DNA from: Vermamoeba vermiformis
Lineage: Eukaryota
Direction: 5' to 3'
Length of the DNA stretch: 64,000 nucleotides
Assembly: GCA_045837725.1 (NCBI GenBank)
Contig: JBEWZL010000066.1
Span: 62,001 to 126,000 of the forward strand
Made by a program: the position numbers and the translations under genes
The notes under the pieces: generated by a model
Seen by the model: the letters and a program-made list of their open reading frames with translations, nothing else
Told to the model about the DNA's origin: nothing
Databases searched by the model: none
Shown: one piece after another, positions 1-11,482 of the stretch
Layout of the letters: each line of letters starts with the position of its first letter
How positions within the stretch are numbered: the first letter of the stretch is position 1

Positions 1-2595
1 GATTGCGCAATAGCAGCAGCGATGACTCAGATTACTATTGCTGGAGGCAGCTACGTATCATTTGCAGGTAATATAGATTAATATTACGCAAGGCGATGAA
101 AGATTTTAAGTACAAAATTTTTGGGCGGATGTGCTACAAATTTCAAGTTTTAATGTAACCAAATGGCTAAGGGTTTATTTAATAGGAATATCATCATTTG
201 TATATTACGATGCATCTACGCAACAAACTGTAACGCTGAATGGATATTGGAACGCACCAAAAGGCGAAACAAATCCAGTAACTATGCCTCCACCTGGTAG
301 CCTCAAAGACATTGGAAGAACTGTGCTAGTGACTGGATTCTTCCGTGCAATGGAAGCTGCACATAAGAAATACGGGTAAGCCCACGTTCAGTACCTCATT
401 CGCGAACGGATGTTGGTAGTCGATCAGGATCTCGTTTTCTTCCTCTTAAAAATTTTATCTGATAACGTATTTATATTATTCATATAATAATATAATGTTA
501 GATGATGCTTTTGCTACCGAAATTAACGAAGGAACATTATGTAACGGACTTTCAGATCCGGATCCAATTTTATTGTTTTTCTTTAGAGTATTGCCGTGGG
601 CTACCTTATTTGAACCTGCTATATACTTCTCTACACAAGGCTTTCCATTCACACATATGCTCGCGAGACAGCTAAAAGCATTCCAATCAGTTGCTCTTCG
701 TACACCAGAAGGTCGTGCTGTCTTTACCAATCCTCAAACTGGACAGATTTATCAACACGGAGAGTTATTTGTGCAGCCTGAACTCGCTGAAGTTCTAACA
801 AATGTTGCCGTAAGTAGTAATTGAACTTTTGTACCGGATGAGAAAAACTCAAAATACTTCTAAATTCGCCGAAATGAAATTTCCTAATATTATGATATTA
901 TAGGCGCAAGGAGCGGACTATATTTATCAAGGAGATTTCGCTCAACAACTCGTTAAGGTAAGTCGTTTGGATCCGGTGTACAGAATATATTTTTGTGGTG
1001 CTAGGCCTTACAAATTTAATCCAGGCAGTTCAAGCAGCTAATGGCACCCTTAGTCTCGACGATATGAAGGCATATCAACCGACGAGGTCCAAGCCCTTGA
1101 CTACGACTTACATGAACGAGTATCAAGTTAGCACGCTGCCTTATCCTTCGTACGGCGGTACGTATACCAAATTATTAATATTTACAGAACATTTGGCAAC
1201 AAATTAGGAAAGCTATATTTCGGCATTAAATTTCTACTTATTTATTACACCTAATTTAATTTTTTTAAGTATTTTTTTTTTGTTTCTGGATCTGACGGTT
1301 CTATTAGGCCTTGGAGTGGTAGAGTCATTAAATTTGCTCGAACAAGTGGACTTCACTTCTATTGGTCGATACAACGAGAGCGCACAAGCGTTGTTTCAAT
1401 TGATTCAAGTAGCACGATGGTCACCGTTGACGTACTTGATTGGTGCTGTCAATCCTGTGGGACTGCAGAATGCTTTTCCTGGAATCGATTTGTCTTGGCA
1501 AGGTAAAGTCACGTGCTCCAAAGTGCGGCGGATCTAAATTGAAACTTGAATTTGACACGTGGCATTTTAACGTTCCTCCAAGTTTTTCAGTGAAAATTTT
1601 CATTGCTAAATATGTTCTTCATTTTTGACACGTGAAAAATATCAAATGACACGTGTCAAATTTTGGATTGTCGGGATCCCTCATTTTGGATCTAATTTTT
1701 TGATCTGCAGGAAGAACGACTAAGCAAACAGCAAAAAGTATATGGAATATAATGAACGGTCCTAACGGCAAAAAGGAGATCGATTCGAGATTGCAATCTG
1801 CGTTCCCTGGCCGACATGGAGTGAAATCCCTGATGCAAGATCCAAAACACTCCGATGGATTCATTTGCATTGATAATACGGGCAATGCTATTACTATGGT
1901 CCACAGTATTAATTCGATGCCGTGGGGTACTGGCATATTCGTCAAAGGCATTGCTCTTTCAAATGCCGGATCCATCAACATTTTGCAATTGATGCAAGCA
2001 GGTTCTAAATATAGGAAAATTATTATTATAGGCCGTTAGTAATATCTTTTTGATTTATTATAGGTCCCGGAGGTCGAGTGCCGGATCCACTTGAGCCAAC
2101 AATTTTGACCAAAAATGGTGTGCCAGTCTATTTGAGCACATCGATCGGCGGTGGCCTTCATGAAATTGACGTGCAAAATTTCGTTAATGTGCAGCAATTT
2201 GGCATGAGTCCCGTGCAAGCCAATTCAATGCCGCATTTCTTCTCGATCAATTTTGGTGGTGATTACTCGAAATTTCCAGCCAACCAATCATTGCCTGTGG
2301 TATGTACCAGGCACATTTCTATATTTGGTAATGTTCCTAATGACGTAAATTTCTAGGGTGGCAGTCGTGGGTTCTCGCGAGGGATTGTTACCGAGGTCAT
2401 TGAGATGGGCCAGCCAATCACTGAAGTCCCAGTGGAAATTTCATCGACTAGTAAGAACTCAATCACTGAAAAAAACTTATTTCCTTTTTAGGCACGCCTG
2501 GCTTTTGGGCAGGAGCAACTACTGACTACGACGAAGGATACGTCAAAATTTCAGCGCCAGTTGAGTTCAACGGCTGGGCTGTTGTAGCTGATTAA
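1..2595 (+). CDS. Gamma-glutamyltranspeptidase-like Ntn hydrolase, multi-exon, 5' end outside window
   Basis: Spliced peptides GRTVLVTGFFRAMEAAHKKYG, LPWATLFEPAI, GELFVQPELAEVL, GTLSLDDMKAY and KHSDGFICIDNTGNAITMVHSIN follow GGT motif order; TAA at 2593-2595. Confidence 0.85.
1620..1660. repeat. Intronic dyad element containing TGACACGTG and TGACACGTGTCA
   Basis: catttttgacacgtgaaaaatatcaaatgacacgtgtcaaa closely matches 43193-43232; lies in intron 1503-1710. Confidence 0.75.
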
Positions 2596-2956
2596 TGCTA
2601 TTTGTATAGCTGTGGAGTGTAGAAATAGATTGGACTATGGTCGTATTAAATTACCGATCACAAATGCGGTAACTGACCCTCTAAAGGAGACGGAGTTGAA
2701 AGTTAGGGTGCACTCCGTTTCTCCGAGTTTGTCAAAATCAAGCTTGTGAGAGCTCGGAAAGCTTCGCCGTTAGCATCAAATAATACCGAGTTGTTTCTTT
2801 GACCTTCTCTGATCGTCTTCATGCTGATGGACAGTAGTTGAACTGCTTCGGCCAAACGGGTGAATCACTTCTTTCTCCGTGTGATTCCTAACCTTAAATA
2901 CTACTCGTGGCACTCTTATTATCTCATTCAACTAATATACAAACAATAGCAACAAT

Positions 2957-3814
2957 ATGTCGACTTCAAAGCAAGTTTATTTCATCACCGGATGCGCAAG
3001 CGGCCTTGGCTACTCGCTCGTGGAACATTTTCTAAAGGCCGGTCAAATCGTCGTAGCTACAGCTAGAGATGTATCCAAAGTCGCTGATTTTGAAAGAAGA
3101 TTCCCGCAAGCTGCTTTAGCCTTGACGTTGGATGTGACCGACAAAACTTCGATCGCTAACGCAATCGCCAAAACGATTGAAAAGTTTGGTCGTATTGACG
3201 TCCTTATCAACAATGCTGCAATTTCTCTCGCTTGTGCTGCTGAAACTTCCAAAGAAGGCGACATCCGCAAAGTTTTCGAAACCAACTTTTTTGGCGTCGT
3301 GTTTTTGACCCAAGCAGTCCTTCCAATAATGCGCAAACAACGAAGTGGCACTATAGTCCAAATCAGCTCGGGACTAGGAATGATTTCTATGCCAGTATTC
3401 TCTTTATACAGCGCTTCTAAGCACGCACTGAATGGCTTTTCTGAAGGTCTCGCAGCGGAGGTCGCCGAACATGGCATTCGCGTCGTCATTGTTGAAGCTG
3501 GATTGTTCAGGACGAAGCTCGCTGACAATTCTATCATGCCTAGCCAAGAGGACATCAAAGATTACGAGGTCGTCAAGCGAACCCTGGGTTACTTTCAGTC
3601 AGTCAGGGGTCAACAACCTGGTGATCCGGACAAATTTGCCGTGGCATTGGACAAGATTCTTGCCTTGGAAAAGCCTCCCGTGCACATTCCTATTGGCGGA
3701 GACTCGCTTCAGGGTATTTCGAAGAAATTCAATCAGCTTTTGAGCGAATGGCAGAACCACACCGAAGTGATCACGTCAACCAACTTCGACAGTTTACCAT
3801 CTACGGCGAACTGA
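2957..3814 (+). CDS. Classical short-chain dehydrogenase/reductase, intronless
   Basis: ITGCASGLG cofactor motif, IDVLINNAA, catalytic YSASK; single 285-aa ORF. Confidence 0.95.
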   Translation: MSTSKQVYFITGCASGLGYSLVEHFLKAGQIVVATARDVSKVADFERRFPQAALALTLDVTDKTSIANAIAKTIEKFGRIDVLINNAAISLACAAETSKEGDIRKVFETNFFGVVFLTQAVLPIMRKQRSGTIVQISSGLGMISMPVFSLYSASKHALNGFSEGLAAEVAEHGIRVVIVEAGLFRTKLADNSIMPSQEDIKDYEVVKRTLGYFQSVRGQQPGDPDKFAVALDKILALEKPPVHIPIGGDSLQGISKKFNQLLSEWQNHTEVITSTNFDSLPSTAN

Positions 3815-4403
3815 TTAAATGAAGGTACTTTGTAGTACAGTCTAAAATTACGTAAAATTAATAAAAATAATTGGATTGAAAGTACGTGGAGTACTCGATC
3901 GTGGATCAGGCCTTGCTTTGATTTATCATCAATGGAAAGGAGGTTGAGCGTAAAAAATTGAATTCTGTTATTATTCAATATTTACTACAATAATGCTAGT
4001 AATTTATTTTAAATTAAAACGATTGAGGAAGCCCGATCGCACAGATTTGGCAAATTGCGATATTTAACCAATGAAATTTGCTTCGCCAAATGGCTACTCA
4101 ACTGCTTACCACGAACTCTTAAATAAATATTTGGCATTTCAACAGTTGGCCTAAGTTGTGCGCATCAGGTTCGACCAGATCGAAAAAAGCCCTTTTCTCA
4201 AACGCCACGCGAAGTAACATAACCACATAATATGCAAGGAGGGCCTTTATCTTCCTTTGTGTACGCGCGATAGTCCAAAATAGGCGACACGGGTTTTTGC
4301 AACGTAAAAAGGGCGGAGAAGTGCGTAAAAGCCTGCAAGATTGCAACCTCCGTTGCCGGAAAATGTTATTATCCCAGCAATACGGCAACACCCAGTGTCA
4401 CCA

Positions 4404-6495
4404 ATGCGATACCAATTAATTGCATTATTATTGTACGTGCTGTGCGTACAATTGCACGCCAGATCCATTGTGGTTAAAACCACTCTACCCGGAAGCCGAA
4501 TCTAATTCCTTATTAAATTCGTACGGGACAATTACTCGCACGATTGGTAGCCTCAATACTTACGTCGTTGAGGTAACTATTCGATTTTTTAAACAAAGAT
4601 TAAAAATTCAATTTTTAATCTCATCCAGGTTGCTGACGGAGAAGTAGCGTCCATAATTAGCGAACTCGAGGCAAGATCTGATGTAATATATGCGGAAGAA
4701 GACAGAGGGATTCGTAAGAAATTTTTTCGTTCTAGATCTCAACGTTAATTTATTTTATAAAAATTTCAGTGCAGAAACACTCCAAGGACGACTACGTTAT
4801 AAACGATCCCGAGGCTGTTAACCAATGGTATCTTGATAATATGCAAATGTACGAGGTTTGGAAGTACTTCCCTTGGAAGGACGAAAACAAAGTCGTAAGT
4901 AGATCTCATCCAAAATGGCAAAATGTTCGCTGCAGCACGTCGGACTTGACGCTAAAATTTTATATTGTAGACTCTAGCTCTTGTAGATGACGGACTGTAC
5001 GAAAATTTGGATCCAGATCTGGCCAACACTAAAATTTCGCCGTTAAGTTTCAACATCGCTCTAAACAACACTAACATCGGCGCTGATAATCAACACGGCA
5101 AGTATATAATTATTCTAAATCTTATTTCTAATGAATAATAATAAATACGTCCAGGCACTGTAATTGCGGGGCTCGTTGCTTCCGAAGTTAACAATTCGAT
5201 TGGCATTGCTGGCTTGGCGCCAAAGCTCGAATTAATGATCATTCAAATCTATGACCCAAAAATAGCTACTTGGGCTGCACTTGCCGATGGAATTGTTTAT
5301 GCTGCTGACAATGGAGCACGTGCCATTACGACTACTACTGGTGGCCCCCAAAGTAATATTACCCCTCCAAAAGTTTTAGAAGATGCTGTCAACTACATTG
5401 TTTCTAAAGGTAAATATTTTGAGGTATTACTGTGCAGCGCTAATAAAGATATTTTAGGCTCCTTATTAACAACATCTGGTGGTAATTCATACAAAGATGG
5501 AAATACTTTGTTTTGTCCTCCTTGTTACAATCAGTCCATTGCTGTTGGAGGGCTGCAAGAAGATGGCACTTGGTGGGTTGAAGCAAATACTGGCCCTCAT
5601 ATCGACATTGTAGCACCAGGTAAGAAATAAGTCTCAAACTCTCTGCCAAATGACTAACAATTTGTTGCAGCTTCAAAGCTCCGTGCCTATGATGTTCTTC
5701 AGCAAGCTTTCACTGACAACTATGGCACTTCTTTTTCAGCACCCCTTGTTGGTGCATGCTTGGCATACATTTGGAACCAAAATCCATCGCTGACCAATGA
5801 AGAAGTTCGTAATATTCTCTACGCAACTGCCCATGATTTAGGTGATCCAGGAAGGGTATGCTAATCATAATGTCTATTGAAAAATGTCTAACAATGAATG
5901 CTTTCAGGATGATTTTTATGGCTATGGCAATGTCAATTTGCTGTTGGCTTTGAAAGGTAGTCGAATAAGTTAATTCAATTGACTTAATTTCTTCTTAGTT
6001 GCAACAAACAAACCTCCTGCTTTGACTGGTGCAACTTCAGTGGAAGTTTTGAAGGGATCAGCTATCAACCAATCATTTGAAATCACAGGTAAGAGACCCA
6101 TTTCAATTCTTTTAATCTCTTTAATATTTTGTTGCAGGGCCAGAAGCATGGGACAGTGTTGAAATTACAGTTACTGATGCTGGTAACTTTAACTACACTA
6201 TCGATGGAACTGTAGTTTCCTTCTATTCTGAGCCAAAAGAAGTTGGTGCATACACTGTTAAAGTGTCAGCTGTTGATTCTTTAAATGCTGCAAGCACTTT
6301 TGAATTGACCATAAATGGTAAGTTGGCAAAGGAATAAATTTACTCAGGGACTAATGAACTATTTTTGCAGTTGTCACAGTATTGCGCCCACCAACTTCAA
6401 CTAACCCAGTAGCTGTTTCTGATGCTGTCTTGTTATCATCAACTTTGGGCTTGGTGGTATCTTTTGCTCTGAGCATTGTGCTGGTGATTTTTTAA
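4404..6495 (+). CDS. Secreted subtilisin-like S8 protease with C-terminal Ig-like region and hydrophobic (TM/GPI) tail; apparent 1-nt insertion at 4488-4490
   Basis: Signal peptide MRYQLIALLLYVLCVQLHA; catalytic motifs LVDDG, HGTVIAG, GTSFSAP; GNS oxyanion Asn; HDLGDPGRDDFYGYG; tail LLSSTLGLVVSFALSIVLVIF. Confidence 0.88.
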
Positions 6496-6768
6496 GGCAT
6501 GACAATAACTAACTAATATTTCGACTCCAACTTAATACCGAATAAACTCTGTCATTCAACACTCTTTGAATTGTCTCTGTTGCAAAGAAAGTTGGAAAAT
6601 TGACGTATGTCCTCTGGTTCCTTTGAAGCCTTGGTATGTCGTTTGGTAATATCATCGATCTTTGAAATAATTAACATTGTTAGTGCTTGTCGGCTGCTAT
6701 TATTTTCACGTACAGTCGGTTATAATCTTTGCACCGAACATAGATACTAGGCGGTCAAGTTATGGCTG

Positions 6769-8347
6769 TCAATCGTCCCATGACTCGAGCCCAAACAACT
6801 TTCGTCCCAAAGGTGTAATTAAGTCATTGATATTGTGATGAAAAGACGCTTCCCAGTCAGCGTTTCGTCGCGTTAAAATATTTCCGGTTGAAAACATTGT
6901 TGGCTTGGATCCGGCTTGAACGCATCTGCTCACTTCTTCTCGGTAAATTTTGTATAGTCTATCGCGCTCGGTAATAAAATTGATAAAACATTGTAAGCGC
7001 CATTGATTTGATACGTTCAGTGAATTTCCATGAGGCAATCTCGTTGACCAAATAAGGAGATCTCCTTTCTTCATCGGAATGTCGATCAAGTCGCGTTTAA
7101 TCGCCTCTTTGTCCATGTAATGCAAAAATATCTCTTCTGCTGCTGGCGGTACTTGTTTTGTACCAGGATTTTCTTCGTTGTATTGACCGTTCTCGTAGTT
7201 CTCTCGGTAGTTTCTTATCTTATCTAACTTATGATAGCCTTAATAAGAGTTCCGTTAGCTTGATTATCTTACAACTAATAATCTTTCATAGACTCATTTA
7301 GTCTGAGGTGGAATTTCACATTTGATTAGGCTAGCGACTCTGAGTAAAGTCGATAGAAAAATCCGTTGCTTATTGACATCAAAAGGATTAAACACGTGTC
7401 AAAATGTCATAATATGTCAAGTAGAAGCGTTACGAGAAATTTTTCACGGAAGGTGCCGAAGATATTTTTCGTAATTAAATGTATCGCCATGATGACACGT
7501 ACCAGGCATGACAGTAAATCCGCCGTTTCCTATTGGACAATCTTGCAAACAAACACTGCCTTGATATTGCGGGAAGTCCAGGTGCCACGGATTGTTGTCC
7601 GTGTGGATCTCTAGATCTCTTTGGTACTTCGATAAATCCACTTTCTATATTAGGAAATTGCTATATTAGGAAATTGCTATATTAGGAATATTTTCTATTA
7701 ATATAAGATAGAGCATACTTTGCGTTGACCGTGTTCTTCGATCTCGATCCAAGCTGGAATTTTCATTGAAACGCGATCCAACGAGACTGTCAATTTTGGG
7801 TCTCGTAGAATTTGTGCAAAGATACTATACAATCGAGGGTCTTGTCGCATTTCATAATATGCCGGCAAGTGCCATAGATCCATGTAATTTCGTTTATACA
7901 ACTACATCCGACCAACACAACAATTAGTCATACTGTAACGATATAGAATTATATTATAGTACTATATTATTATAATACATACCCCGGCAGCCTCCCAAGT
8001 GTTCATATCATTGCGAACAAGTCCCGTCAATTCGTTAGCGCGATCGAAGATCTGCTCAACGAGCTTATCGACGACTTCTTCATTGAAAAAATTCTATAAT
8101 ACGATATAAGTAAGTAATACAATAAATAAGAAATGCCGAAGCGATCACAAGACAACTGAAACTCCGATCAGATCTTGGTCTTTGGTTGCGAGAGGTTGAA
8201 ACTTACGGGCACCAATAAATAGCCGTTGTTTTCTAGGAAATTAATTTGATCTTCGCTGAATTTATAGTCTAACGTGTGCGGGTATCGGCTCAACAGAGCA
8301 ACTTCCTCATCTGTTAAACGGTATCGTTCTTCCTCTTCCATGCTCAT
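6769..8347 (-). CDS. Phytanoyl-CoA dioxygenase (PhyH)-like Fe(II)/2OG oxygenase
   Basis: FLENNGYL, LTVSLDR, MKKGDLLIWSTRLPHGN, QGSVCLQDCPIGNGGFTVMPG; multi-exon. Confidence 0.88.
7645..7688. repeat. 16-bp tandem repeat CTATATTAGGAAATTG x2.75 at an intron 3' end of the PhyH gene
   Basis: Directly visible: units start at 7645, 7661 and 7677 (last one partial). Confidence 0.9.
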
Positions 8348-8693
8348 ATCTATAAATAATTAAATAAAATTGTTAACAAGCTGTACTAACGACCAAATTA
8401 AACTTTACAGCGGTACTGAAGACCCACCATTATTAAAAATTCAAAAAATTATTTTAAATTATGAAGAATAAATAATGCATATCAGGGCGTATTATAATGA
8501 TAAAAGGAACATTAGGATATTTTTTTAGGCAATAAAAAATTTAAAAACGGTTACCTTTGCGAGATCAAGTTTCAGATTTGCGAGCGTAGAGCATCTGAAG
8601 TGATTAAAGTGATTATTTTATCACGATTATGCTTATACAATAAATATAAACGGTTGAAGAATGGTCTTCCTTTCGTGCGTGTTTGATTCAGTG

Positions 8694-11165
8694 TTAAAAA
8701 ATGATTTGACGAGGCTCATGAGCTCTTAAATATTCTTTCGCCTCCTCATTCAACCAATCGTTAGTCATTGTTATTAATATAACCGGATCATCCCAGTTAT
8801 ATTCGTTGTAAACGTTCACTTGTTGCACCAGATGCGCTGGAAATGGCTCCGACGAGTATATAATACGAACCCAGTATTTTTTGTTAATCTTCAAAATTTG
8901 TTCGAATTCGCTTTCCTCTGCCTCGATCTCGCAATCCAGGACGGTCTCATCTAAACTCTGCTCTTCTAACAACGCCTGATCTGCTTGGCTAAGAACAAAA
9001 CCTAAAAAAGAATATTTTAAAGGATTAATATATATACCTTTGTCTTTACTTACGCGGGTCAACTCTTCTAACGGCATCTGCGAACGATTCCGTTTTCCAG
9101 GGCTTGCAAGAAATTACTCCAATTCCCGTTATAGGCTCTAGTGTCTTGCTATTTGCCGTTTTAAATAAGAACAAGACTTCACTACTAAGATTGTGATTCA
9201 GCAGAATTCTATCATAAGTTTTCTTCTGCACCATAAGTGCCAGATCCGTTGACCGAGCGGATTCATAAACGCTAGAAATTGATGTAGTACAGAAGCGTAT
9301 GTGACAGGGTAAGTTGAAATAAGGTGGGACAAGGTCGCGAAAGAGGTGAAAAAGAGTTGTGGGATCAGAACAACAATATGTTCGTTGTCTAAAAAACCAA
9401 GCCAACAAATACTCCGTAACTCTTCCCTTCATGTCATAAACATTCGTAATTATAGGGTAAGACGGATTAATTATTTCGTCGTTAATGAGGTGCCGGTAGT
9501 AATCTCTTTTGGATTCAACGTGGCGTTGCACGGCCTCAAATAACATTGGTTCGTCTTTTCTTCGAATTATTTGTTTGCCGTGCGTTGAATTACTCATAAC
9601 AAGATCCGATTTGACCAAATCAGTCAGAATATTGTCGTCGTCAATCACAAAATGATCTTGATCTTGAATTACTGTTGCAATGTAGACTTGCGCAATGAAC
9701 TTGGATGTTCGGTGGTTTCTAATAATCATAGTTCTTTCTTTGTAATAATCTAACAGCCTTTCGCACGTAGATGACTGAGTGGCATTGAATGTTCGTTTGG
9801 CCATTGCTACTAATTCTTCCAAAAAATTTTCTGACGTATGGTCCTTTTTGAATGTTAAAGAATAAAATAGGCCTTGTAGTAGACGACTAAAGTAATAAGG
9901 ACGGCCACAAAGCTTCTCAAGCCAAAGTTTCAGATCCGTTTTGGCATCCGCAAGGTTCACGTCAAACAGCGAGTGCAACGTCTTCTCCATACCTTCGACT
10001 GTTATTTTAGGCAAGTCTGAAAAGGGTATGACGCGTTCAGCCTCCAAAATATTGAATGTATCTCTATTGCCGTCAATGCTGCAAATTTTCCAGTTCGGAA
10101 TTTCAATGAGTTTTCTTAACACCTAAATTACAATCGTTAATCAGAAATTTAACAATGACAACTGCCTTACATTGGTGAAAGCTTCATAGAGTACGATATC
10201 GACAGTGTTTTTGGAATCAGATATGCCAGGGTTTCTGATTAAGGACACGTGCTCAAATACAACTAACGGCCTTCTTGAATGGCCAAGAATTTGCTGTATT
10301 TGTTCGAAAAAAGTATTGACATATTTGTGGGATTCGCAAATCAAGTCTATTGTTGAAAATTCTGTCCATCGTTCGTCTAAATTGTCTGTTACGCCTTTTA
10401 GACCGTCATTCATAGTTAAGGCTGTTATACACGCCATTCTAGCTTGGATTTTATCGTCTTTGAATTCGTCGGCTATTTCCATTGCCCATTCGATGTGCGC
10501 TAGAACCCAGATCTGGATCAATAGTTCGCTCCATTGGATTTTTCTCTTGTGAGTTTCCGAATTGAATGAAATTTCTTCGGTGGTGATGTCATTCCACGGA
10601 TCGAATTGCTTCATGAATTGGCCTATTTTGTCAGATAGCCACTTGATTGTTATTTTAAAGTCTATTAAGATCATGTAATAATCAGTTGACGGATCTATTC
10701 CAGCTGCAATACATAGTTCACGTTTTCCCGAGCACCCTGTTTGAACTACTGCCACGAGACGATTGTTGGACGGATCCAGATCTTGATGCGTTTGATCCAA
10801 CGCTTCGTAGAATTTGTGAAGTTTCTCTTGACTAAAATAGGGTAGATATGATATAACAGGAACAGCATCGTAAAGAGGAATAGCAGTCTTGAGCAGAGGC
10901 CCATAGCATTTTTGTTGCTTTTGCAGATCTTGAGATCTTTCGAAAGATGTTTGTAATTCGATGATTAATTCCTCCTTATTCTAAAATCAATTATTAGCAT
11001 TAATAACGTAATTGAAGTCGTACTTCGAGGTACATGTTCGGTCTTTCGTTTTTTTTCTGGTCGGATCGCATCGTCGCTGCAATTCAAAGCTTTCCTCTTC
11101 TTGTTGTTTGTTTCACTCTATCAAATCAGTTAATATGTTACAGTAACTTAATTAGCACGTACCAT
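8694..11165 (-). CDS. Crinkler/RHS-like protein: degenerate P-loop NTPase plus degenerate restriction-endonuclease-like domain
   Basis: Walker A-like VAVVQTGCSGK, Walker B-like RPLVVFEH, GRPYYF motif, then KGRVTEYLLA and SEVLFLF...VISCK. The ORF breaks at about 9002-9053 and 10123-10171 are GT-AG introns. Confidence 0.55.
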
Positions 11166-11482
11166 TTGTTGGGCAATATGTTAACTACGTGAACAGACAA
11201 CTAAACTGCGTGCAAATTTTTTCAATGGCGCGACAGGTTTTTGTCTTCAAAAGCGAAATTTGCGATTTACTCAAGACGAAAATTTCAATTGCAAAAGAAG
11301 AAAGAGCAACGAATAGAAAGATGACACTCGATAAAGTTGAATACGAGTACCATCGAAACGTTATTTGCGACAGTCGCTGAAAACTGCAAATGCAAATAAA
11401 ATAACCAAAATTTGAAGTGAGACCAGTGCCGGTTTCAGGGTAATCATTACATTGCATAAATTTATGGCAAACCTACGTACAA

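Noticed and set aside
9002-9077. Overlapping ORFs suggesting a frameshift in the CR-like gene
   Set aside because: Explained by a GT-AG intron at about 9053-9002.
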